DNA from: Corallococcus sp. AB032C
GTDB lineage: Bacteria > Myxococcota > Myxococcia > Myxococcales > Myxococcaceae
Reading direction: 5' to 3'
NCBI RefSeq assembly: GCF_003668935.1
Contig: NZ_RAWP01000027.1
Coordinates: 81,555-97,656 of the forward strand
DNA: 16,102 bases
Every line of letters begins with the position of its first letter. The first letter of the stretch is position 1. Shown piece after piece: positions 8,021-14,034 of the stretch. A program made the position numbers and the translations under genes. The notes under the pieces were generated by a model. That model was given only the letters and a program-made list of their open reading frames with translations, made no database searches and was not told where the DNA came from.

Positions 8021-8458
8021 TTAAATATTAACCATGACGAAGAATCCAATTATCACATTAAACACCCAACAATGCCGGTCTGCGCCATCTGTCCCCAAAT
8101 AGGCCGGTGCGCTTCCCTCCGCGCGTACAACAGAGCAAGAGGCGAGTGCCTCCAGGTGGAGGGCACTAAAGACAGCCTGAGCGAGTCGCTGCCCGCCCTC
8201 GAAGTCCTCCCGTGCTGAACGCACTCGCACCTGACAGCCTGGCGCAATGTACGCCGCGCGGCGCAGCCCCATGTACGCCTGTGGTCCCGCGCCGCCTGTC
8301 GCCAACAGGGCCACGGCCCGGTCCGGCACTTCGCCGTCGGCCTCAGGCATCGGAGCCGTGAAAAGGTTTGCACTTGTAGCTGGAGCGCGCATCAACCCTA
8401 TGCCTGCTGCCTCCAATACATCCGCGAGTTCCAAAGCGATGTCACGCATCAGAACCAC
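8021..8458 (-). CDS. Neck / tail-completion protein (HK97 gp10-like or DUF3168-like position). The last ~16 codons are encoded by low-GC insert DNA.
   Basis: The track ORF is 145 aa from the GTG at 8458. The more likely start is the ATG at 8449, which overlaps the stop of the upstream gene as TGATG. Its position after head closure fits a neck protein. The C-terminus …HCWVFNVIIGFFVMVNI* is translated from the AT-rich segment 8021 to about 8070. Confidence 0.45.
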   Translation of the reverse strand: MVLMRDIALELADVLEAAGIGLMRAPATSANLFTAPMPEADGEVPDRAVALLATGGAGPQAYMGLRRAAYIAPGCQVRVRSAREDFEGGQRLAQAVFSALHLEALASCSVVRAEGSAPAYLGTDGADRHCWVFNVIIGFFVMVNI

Positions 8459-8772
8459 ACCTTACGGAAACGCACCGCACCCGATCCGTCCACTGACTCG
8501 TCCACGGCTACGGGGCGCCGCGCACGGTTGAAGTCCGCGACGTCCTCACCCGGCAACCAGACACGGTGCTGTAGGGTGACTGGCGCGTCCGTGTAGACAA
8601 CATGCGCAGCTAGGTGCTCGTTACCATTGGCGTCGCGGATGAGACGCCGGAATGGCTGCACGCGCGCCCGCGTCGTCAATTGGGGCCCGAGCGTCGGCTT
8701 GCCGTAGGCGTCTCGTCCCGTCAGAACGGCATAGGTGATCAACTGACGGAAGGTGTCCGAAGGTGAGGCCAT
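8449..8772 (-). CDS. Head closure / head-tail joining protein (gp7-like position), 107 aa.
   Basis: A ~100-aa ORF directly after the connector gene. Its start overlaps the upstream stop as ATGA at 8772. The size and position are typical of head-closure proteins. Confidence 0.5.
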   Translation of the reverse strand: MASPSDTFRQLITYAVLTGRDAYGKPTLGPQLTTRARVQPFRRLIRDANGNEHLAAHVVYTDAPVTLQHRVWLPGEDVADFNRARRPVAVDESVDGSGAVRFRKVWF

Positions 8773-9431
8773 CAGATCACCCGGTGAATGACGTAGGGCG
8801 CGAGCAACGCCTGCGCGACACCAGGGATAGGACTCTTGCCCTCAGCCTTCGCGGCAAAGTAGCTCACCGACCAATCCCCGATGGACTCGCTGGCGACCAT
8901 CGCGTCCACACCGCGCGAGCGGTACAGCTGCACTGCCGTGAGAACGGTGGCCTCCTGCACGTCCTCCGGCAACGTCACCACGCGCGACGCATCCAGGGCC
9001 CGCTGCCCCGGCGTCACGAAGCCTCCGTCGTAGACGACGCGGATGCCCTCCTCGCTGCCCTGGAAGCTGTCTACCACCTCCACCACCAGCCCTCCCGAGC
9101 GCGCCGTCTCCCGCCAAGCTCCGCGCCTGCGGTACAGCATGCCGGCGTCCGCCAGCTTCCCAAGGCTCTCGTACTCCTCAGCCGGAACGAAGGCACCGCC
9201 CTCCCAGACGCCCACCACCAGGACAACGGGCGGGCGCTCCAGCAGCAGCAATGGGCGCCCGTAGCCAGCCGGGTATTCCACGAGCCCCTGGCCGTGCTCG
9301 AAGACCCGGCCGCAGTAGCCAGCAACGGCCCGGCTCGCCGCCGTGACGAGCGACTCCAGACGCGGCGTCACCGCTACGCCCAGGTCATCCGCCACGGTGG
9401 CAGCCAGGCACAGGTCAGCAGGATGCGCCAT
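8772..9431 (-). CDS. Head-tail connector / adaptor (gp6-like N-terminal domain), 219 aa.
   Basis: The N-terminus AHPADLCLAATVADDLGVAVTPRLESLVTAASRAVAGYCGRVF resembles the gp6-like connector pattern (…L…a…E..cgR.f). It is the second gene after MCP. The 219 aa size suggests an extra C-terminal domain. Confidence 0.5.
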   Translation of the reverse strand: MAHPADLCLAATVADDLGVAVTPRLESLVTAASRAVAGYCGRVFEHGQGLVEYPAGYGRPLLLLERPPVVLVVGVWEGGAFVPAEEYESLGKLADAGMLYRRRGAWRETARSGGLVVEVVDSFQGSEEGIRVVYDGGFVTPGQRALDASRVVTLPEDVQEATVLTAVQLYRSRGVDAMVASESIGDWSVSYFAAKAEGKSPIPGVAQALLAPYVIHRVI

Positions 9432-9435
9432 GGCG

Positions 9436-9870
9436 TCACACCGGCAGCGTCATGGCGCCGCCGAAGACGATGAAGGCGCACGCCTGGAGGCTGGGCGAAG
9501 TCCCGCCCGTCAGCGTCGTGGCCTCCGCAACGCGGATGAACCGCTTCGCCGCGCCGAGGTCCACGTCCTTCTCCGCGAAGGTGTTCGCCGCAGCCAGTTG
9601 CACGGAGGCCGAACCCGGTCCGGCCGGCACGAAGTCCGTCCAGGCGTCATCCGCTCCATTGTCGCTGGAGTGCTGGAGTTTCACCTCGTAGCCCTGCGCG
9701 GTGGGGCTGCCCGTTACCGCTCCCGTGGCCGCAACGAGGACGCAGCTCTCCCCCAGGACGAGCCGATCATAGCCCTGCCCCTGGCGAGTTCCGGCAGGCG
9801 TCGCGGCGGGCGGCGTGCCCAGGCGAGCGGCGATGAAGGTGCCAATCTGACTGATGTGCGGTGCGCTCAT
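9436..9870 (-). CDS. Hypothetical virion protein, 144 aa, in a non-canonical slot between MCP and the connector.
   Basis: ATG at 9870, preceded by AAAGGA. It is Gly/Ala/Thr-rich with no motif I recognise. Its position inside the structural block is the only evidence. Confidence 0.35.
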   Translation of the reverse strand: MSAPHISQIGTFIAARLGTPPAATPAGTRQGQGYDRLVLGESCVLVAATGAVTGSPTAQGYEVKLQHSSDNGADDAWTDFVPAGPGSASVQLAAANTFAEKDVDLGAAKRFIRVAEATTLTGGTSPSLQACAFIVFGGAMTLPV

Positions 9871-9882
9871 AGTGTCCTTTCG

Positions 9883-9895
9883 TGGGGCGTCGCCC
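9883..9895 (-). other. GC-rich hairpin (GGGGCG-n-CGCCCC) in the 27-nt gap immediately after the MCP stop.
   Basis: A perfect 6-nt inverted repeat flanks one unpaired nucleotide. No U-run follows, so it is not a canonical intrinsic terminator. It could be an attenuator or an mRNA-stability element that sets capsid-to-downstream stoichiometry. Confidence 0.4.
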
Positions 9896-9897
9896 CG

Positions 9898-11121
9898 TCA
9901 GTTGCTGCCCCAGCTCAGGTCCTTCACCACGACGCCGGACTGCCGGTGGCGCATGGCCAAGTCATGCTTGGTGATGGCACGCAGCACCGTCTGGTCCGTG
10001 GAGATGCCGGACACCAGATGCCCGCCGCGCGTGAAGGCTCCGTTGGGGAAGACTTCGATTTCCAGCGCCATGGACTCGCCGATGAGAACCTCGGCCATGT
10101 CTACGAGATACAGCTCCGAGCAGTTCTTGCCCGAGCCCAGCGTCTCCGGAATCTGGTTGGTGACGAAGAAGGGCACGTTGCGCAGCGTGCCGCGCTCCAC
10201 CATCTCCCGCTCCAGGGCGTTGGTGCCCTCTCCGCCAGGACCCGGAGCATCGAGAATGGCCGTCTCCGCGTTGGGGGACATCAGCCACACCGGCTGCACC
10301 ATGGGCACGTTGGCCTTCTTCAGCTTCTTCTTCGCCTTGTTCAGCTCCTTCTTCATCTCGCCCAACGTGGGCGCGCCCGCCGTGGCCACCGTCTCCGCGT
10401 AGACGTGGGCCGCGTCCACCTGGTTGCGGATGCCGCGCGGCTCCAGCTGCGTGCCGCTGCCTCGCAGGAAGGCCATGTCCTCCCGCAGAGCCATGACGTT
10501 CAGCAGGTCGTTGCGGATGAACTCCTCGGCGTTGATGGACGCGTTGCGGATGAGGTCGTTGGGCACTGCCGTCAGCGCCGTGAGCTTCTTCTCGGACAGG
10601 GACACCGTGTCCGTGCCCGGCTCCGACTCCTGGATGGTGCTCGTCTCGCCGCCGTAGAAGGCCGTGCCCGTGCTGGACTGCCGGTCGAAGGTGAGCGAGG
10701 CCCCGATGGGGATGACGCGGGCGCCGGCCTGTCGCACCACGGCCTTGTGGCGCAGCAGCTCGATGAACTCGGAGGCGAACTGGGGATGCACCAGGGAGCC
10801 CATGCCCGAGTAGTTGCCCTGGGAGAGGGCCTTGCTCACCACCTCGTCGCCCCAGCCCTTCAGCACGTCCACCACGTTGCGCCCTTCCATGCGCGCGACG
10901 GCCTTCGCCTTCACGAAGCGGATGAGGTTGAGGCCCGTGCCCTCCGTCATGTGCTTGCCGGTAATGGGCGAGCGGCGCGGTTCCTCGGGCGCGGTCTCGG
11001 CCGCCTTGGAGCCCAGCAGGGCCGCATAGCTGTCGCGGTGCCCCTTGGACTGCTCCACCAGTTGCGCGGCCACCAGCGGGCCCAGCGACTTCGCCATCTC
11101 CTGCATCTGCTCGGGGGTCAT
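9898..11121 (-). CDS. Major capsid protein, HK97 fold, 407 aa.
   Basis: It lies immediately after the prohead protease, with an ATGA overlap at 11118-11121 and AGGAGAAGG about 8 nt upstream of the ATG. The size (~400 aa) and order (portal, protease, MCP) are diagnostic of the HK97 family. Segments such as LVDMAEVLIGESMALEIEVFPNGAF and GGETSTIQESEPGTDTVSLSEKKLTA are typical of this capsid family. Confidence 0.88.
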   Translation of the reverse strand: MTPEQMQEMAKSLGPLVAAQLVEQSKGHRDSYAALLGSKAAETAPEEPRRSPITGKHMTEGTGLNLIRFVKAKAVARMEGRNVVDVLKGWGDEVVSKALSQGNYSGMGSLVHPQFASEFIELLRHKAVVRQAGARVIPIGASLTFDRQSSTGTAFYGGETSTIQESEPGTDTVSLSEKKLTALTAVPNDLIRNASINAEEFIRNDLLNVMALREDMAFLRGSGTQLEPRGIRNQVDAAHVYAETVATAGAPTLGEMKKELNKAKKKLKKANVPMVQPVWLMSPNAETAILDAPGPGGEGTNALEREMVERGTLRNVPFFVTNQIPETLGSGKNCSELYLVDMAEVLIGESMALEIEVFPNGAFTRGGHLVSGISTDQTVLRAITKHDLAMRHRQSGVVVKDLSWGSN

Positions 11122-11804
11122 GCCTTCTCCTGGAGGTGCTGAAACAGGGCCCGCGCCGTGTGAGCGGCAAGGGCGTGGGTGTCGGACTCGGAAAGGGAGG
11201 GAGGTGCGGCGGGCGGCGTGGCCTTGCGCTTCTTCCGCGACGTGCGGCCCAGCGCCTTCACCACCGCGTCCGCGATGTCGCGAATGAGGGCGGCGCGCTC
11301 GTCGGAGTGCTTCTTCAGCCGCACCGCGCGCTGGTTGCCGGGAATCGTGACGACGGAGATTTCGAGAAGCTCCTGCTCGTCGCAGTCGTAACCGCCGCGC
11401 TCATTCTCGTGGTAGCGCAGCATGCGGTAGCGCACGCTCACCGCGTTAAGGATGCCCTTCTCCACCTTGGACTCGACGCGTCGGGCAAACTCATCGTCTT
11501 GGTCGAACTCGATGTCCACCAAGAGTGCGTCGCCCTGCACGTAGGCGCGGCCCTTGCCGATGGGCAGGACGTCCGTGCGGCCCGCGCCGAACAGCCCGCC
11601 AGAGCTATCGTCGTGCATGTAGAGGACGACGGGATTGGCGGCGTATGCATCGAGCCGCCAGCCCTGGATGGACAGCCGGTCATTGTAGCGGTCGAAGTCG
11701 GCGTCGTTCGCACGGAAGGTGAAGACCTTTGGCTGGCCCTCAACAGGTGACGGCGCATCCTGCTGAGCGACAAGGCGACGAGTTCTTGAAAGAGGTGCAG
11801 GCAT
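11118..11804 (-). CDS. Prohead (capsid maturation) protease, HK97 / S78 family, 228 aa.
   Basis: It sits between portal and MCP. The N-terminal region VFTFRANDADFDRYNDRLSIQGW…VVLYMHDD and the segment LLEISVVTIPGNQRA match the HK97 prohead protease pattern (catalytic His in the MHD context). The C-terminal basic tail (RKKRKATPP) is scaffold-like. Confidence 0.82.
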   Translation of the reverse strand: MPAPLSRTRRLVAQQDAPSPVEGQPKVFTFRANDADFDRYNDRLSIQGWRLDAYAANPVVLYMHDDSSGGLFGAGRTDVLPIGKGRAYVQGDALLVDIEFDQDDEFARRVESKVEKGILNAVSVRYRMLRYHENERGGYDCDEQELLEISVVTIPGNQRAVRLKKHSDERAALIRDIADAVVKALGRTSRKKRKATPPAAPPSLSESDTHALAAHTARALFQHLQEKA

Positions 11805-11901
11805 TCACCTTTTCAATGGGGGCAGTATTAGAACTCCCCAAGAGCAAGCCCAATCCCCCCAGACAACGAGCCCGCTGGAAGCAGCCCTTCGCCAATACCA
11901 C

Positions 11902-11910
11902 TGGTATATT
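11902..11910 (+). promoter_or_regulatory. Candidate extended -10 promoter (TGgTATATT) for the lipoprotein moron.
   Basis: The sequence cactgGTATATTggcg lies in the low-GC leader about 60 nt upstream of 11971 and about 130 nt upstream of the ATG at 12040. A TG dinucleotide sits 1 nt upstream of the hexamer. There is no clear -35 element. Confidence 0.25.
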
Positions 11911-12039
11911 GGCGCCCCAACACAACACAGGGTCAATCCAACCCCACCGCAAACATCACTTACGCAGATTATGTATCCATGCTTCTCGCCATTACTAGGC
12001 CTGATTGACTTTCGTACGTCGCTCTTATTTCATCGAGCA

Positions 12040-12708
12040 ATGACCAGACCGACCGCTCTGATCCTCACTGCGTCACTGCTAACCAGCGCATGCTTCGGGC
12101 ATATTCCTCCTGAAGGCACTCAAGTGACGATGCCTCCCACAGAGACAACTCCACCGTCACGCGCCAAACAAGAGGTTGCTGCTCCCCCCGCGACAGGCAA
12201 TAAGGCAGTCGACGAGGCACAGGCTTTTGTTTCGGACGCCTTCAACCATTGCGATAATGTCACCCTCAACACTGCATACCAGCAACTACTGATCACGAAG
12301 ATTGCAACAAGAAGGAAAAACCTTGGACTTCTTGCAACAACAATAGTTGGCGTCGCCGGCAGCATTGTTACCGCAGCCCTCCTTGGATCCAAGGCAGCCA
12401 GCGACGGGAATTCAGAGAAGGCCACCATTGTCGGGGCAAGCTCAGCAGGCGCGACAGCAATCACAGGCGTAGTCTCTATCTTTATCGTTGGCAGCGGAGC
12501 AGACGATCGCGTCAAGCAGATGTCAGACAACAAAAACCGAATCGACCAGGAGGTCGACGACCTCTCGAACTCGTGCAAAGATATCAACGCCAACAACGCA
12601 GCCCAGTGCACACAAAAAGCTAAACGCGTTAAGAATCGCTGCGGAATCGCAGAGACTCAGCTACCCTACGAAGTCGAAAACCAGCCCTCATTCCTACCGA
12701 CCAACTAG
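12040..12708 (+). CDS. SlyB-like lipoprotein with a glycine-zipper membrane segment and a Cys-containing C-terminal domain (222 aa from the ATG at 12040), carried on a low-GC moron.
   Basis: The signal peptide MTRPTALILTASLLTSAC has a lipobox (L-T-S-A-C). A Pro/Thr-rich linker follows (PPEGTQVTMPPTETTPPSR). Two Gly/Ala/Ser/Thr-rich hydrophobic segments follow (LGLLATTIVGVAGSIVTAALLGS and ATIVGASSAGATAITGVVSIFIVGSGA), resembling the glycine-zipper 2TM domain of SlyB/Pcp-type lipoproteins. The polar C-terminal domain has four Cys (NHCDN, NSCKD, AQCTQ, NRCGI). GC is about 50% by eye. The gene is convergent with the portal gene. Confidence 0.6.
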   Translation: MTRPTALILTASLLTSACFGHIPPEGTQVTMPPTETTPPSRAKQEVAAPPATGNKAVDEAQAFVSDAFNHCDNVTLNTAYQQLLITKIATRRKNLGLLATTIVGVAGSIVTAALLGSKAASDGNSEKATIVGASSAGATAITGVVSIFIVGSGADDRVKQMSDNKNRIDQEVDDLSNSCKDINANNAAQCTQKAKRVKNRCGIAETQLPYEVENQPSFLPTN

Positions 12709-12750
12709 CCATTAGATGCCATCCGATTTTTAGTGTGGGCTGGCTTGGGA

Positions 12751-14034
12751 TTATGGAGCTACTTGTCCCGGCATGGGCAACGGATAGCCCTGCCGGTTAG
12801 AGTCCGGTTCGAATCCAGCCAATGCTCGCCACTCGTCATAGCTAAAGGCCTCCGGCATGGCGCTCATGACGCGTAACTGGTGCTCGCGGTCCGCCGGCAC
12901 AGGGCTGTCGTAGTCAAGAATGGCATCCGCGCCGCCGAACAGAGGCATCAGCCGCATCTGGTACTCGGTACGGAGGAACTCCATGCGCGGGAGCGTCGCC
13001 TGCTCGGCGAGGTTCTCCCGCGCCGCGAAGGCAGTCGCCTTGTTCGAGCTGGAGATGTCGCCCACGATTTCGGGCGGGACTCGAAACGTCATCCTCACGA
13101 AGTCCATGAGGAACTTCCGCAATTCCACCAACTGCATGTCGCGGAAGCTGGTGTCCAGGCGCGCGAACGTGACCCGGCCGCTGGTGAGCAGCAGCTTGCC
13201 CGCCTTGTCCGGCCCCTGATGCTCGCGGGCCAGCGACTCCTTGAAGGCCTTCGCCCCTGCGCTGTTCGCATCCGTCAGCCCCTCGATGGATGCGATGGCT
13301 GGCGGAAGCATGTTGTTCCAGAAGCTCGCCCGGAGGAACCGCGCCACGAACTCGTCCGTGTCCAGTTCGTCCCCAAGCGCGAAGGCGGGACCGACTCCTC
13401 GCCCAAGCGGATCCTCCGGGTCCAGGTTTCGCAGATGGAGCACATCCGCCGCTGGAATCTCCCGCATCACGCCGCCCACGGCGACCGTGAAGGTCCGCAG
13501 TTCACGCGGGACGTCCATCGCAGGCAGCCGAGTGACGAGGTTCGGAGGCACCGGCCAGAATCCCACCGGGAAGCCCGCCACACGTTCCAGCACCAAGAAT
13601 GCCTCGCCGACCAGGTCCAAGTACACCTGCACCAGCTTTGTGACTGAGCGGCCCGTCAGGTAGTCGTTCGGGTCCGCGAGCATCCGAAGAATTGGATGGT
13701 CCGGCACCTCCTGGACTTCGCCCGCGTCCAGCATGGACTTCAACCGCATGGCGCGGACCTCGCGCGTCGCGCTGCGAAGGGCGTAGTCCTTCACCGGCTG
13801 GCCCTCCCGCGAGACGCGCCGGTACACACGCCAGTTCACCCCGGCCACAGAGTCCGCGACCACGTCCACAATCGCCCGGAGCCAGGGCATTTCGCGGTAC
13901 GCCGCCAGTAGTTGCGAGGTGCCTCGGCGCGGCGGCGCCTGCTGCCAGCGCGCCAGCTCCAGCCCCGTTCCCTGTCGCGGAGGACGCGCCACCGCCGCCT
14001 TCATCCGGTCCCACAATCCCAAGACACGCCTCAC
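12751..14034 (-). CDS. Portal protein, HK97 family, 427 aa.
   Basis: It lies immediately downstream of terL, with its GTG start overlapping the terL stop as GTGA (an alternative ATG lies at 14004). It is about 430 aa and is followed by the protease and MCP. This is canonical portal position and size. Confidence 0.82.
   Translation of the reverse strand: MRRVLGLWDRMKAAVARPPRQGTGLELARWQQAPPRRGTSQLLAAYREMPWLRAIVDVVADSVAGVNWRVYRRVSREGQPVKDYALRSATREVRAMRLKSMLDAGEVQEVPDHPILRMLADPNDYLTGRSVTKLVQVYLDLVGEAFLVLERVAGFPVGFWPVPPNLVTRLPAMDVPRELRTFTVAVGGVMREIPAADVLHLRNLDPEDPLGRGVGPAFALGDELDTDEFVARFLRASFWNNMLPPAIASIEGLTDANSAGAKAFKESLAREHQGPDKAGKLLLTSGRVTFARLDTSFRDMQLVELRKFLMDFVRMTFRVPPEIVGDISSSNKATAFAARENLAEQATLPRMEFLRTEYQMRLMPLFGGADAILDYDSPVPADREHQLRVMSAMPEAFSYDEWRALAGFEPDSNRQGYPLPMPGQVAP

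Larger units (their letters stand above)
5664..8085 (+). other. Low-GC moron segment 1 (~2.4 kb), carrying only the KAP NTPase gene.
   Basis: The composition changes abruptly at about 5664, right at the start codon of the tail-terminator gene, and at about 8070-8085. GC is about 45-50% against about 70% in the flanks. The gene is antisense to the late operon. Confidence 0.7.
11805..12750 (+). other. Low-GC moron segment 2 (~0.95 kb), carrying only the lipoprotein gene.
   Basis: The composition drops immediately upstream of the protease start codon (11805) and recovers at the portal stop (12751). The gene is antisense to the late operon. Confidence 0.7.

Noticed and set aside
8074-8112. An imperfect direct repeat GCCGGT(c)TGCGC … GCCGGTGCGC at the right junction of the KAP insert, considered as a possible att or target-site duplication.
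   Set aside because: It is short, imperfect and GC-rich, and easily arises by chance in 70% GC DNA. No matching copy was found at the left junction (5650-5700).
7904-8218. A 104-aa plus-strand ORF bridging the KAP stop and the insert junction.
   Set aside because: It overlaps the KAP C-terminus in another frame and the convergent neck gene. It has no RBS or promoter and mixed composition across the junction, so it is likely spurious.
9343-11142. A 599-aa plus-strand ORF spanning the MCP and protease region.
   Set aside because: It is antisense to two strongly supported phage genes. Its translation is Arg/Gly/Ala/His-rich and low-complexity, as expected from a stop-depleted frame in ~70% GC DNA, and it has no recognisable motifs.
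9962-11170. A 402-aa minus-strand ORF in an alternative frame overlapping MCP.
   Set aside because: It is on the same strand but out of frame with the HK97-type capsid ORF. It is Gly/Arg/Pro-rich and low-complexity, a GC-content artefact.
11971-12039. An upstream ATG (11971) as the lipoprotein start, which would give 245 aa.
   Set aside because: The 23 extra residues (MYPCFSPLLGLIDFRTSLLFHRA) would bury the signal peptide. M24 followed by TRP and a hydrophobic core ending in the lipobox Cys is a textbook lipoprotein N-terminus, so 12040 is preferred. It remains uncertain without data.
12709-12750. gatgccatc followed by a T5 run between the convergent lipoprotein and portal genes, considered as a possible bidirectional terminator.
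   Set aside because: The stem is only 4 bp with a 1-nt loop. It is not a credible intrinsic terminator by eye and would need RNA-fold computation.
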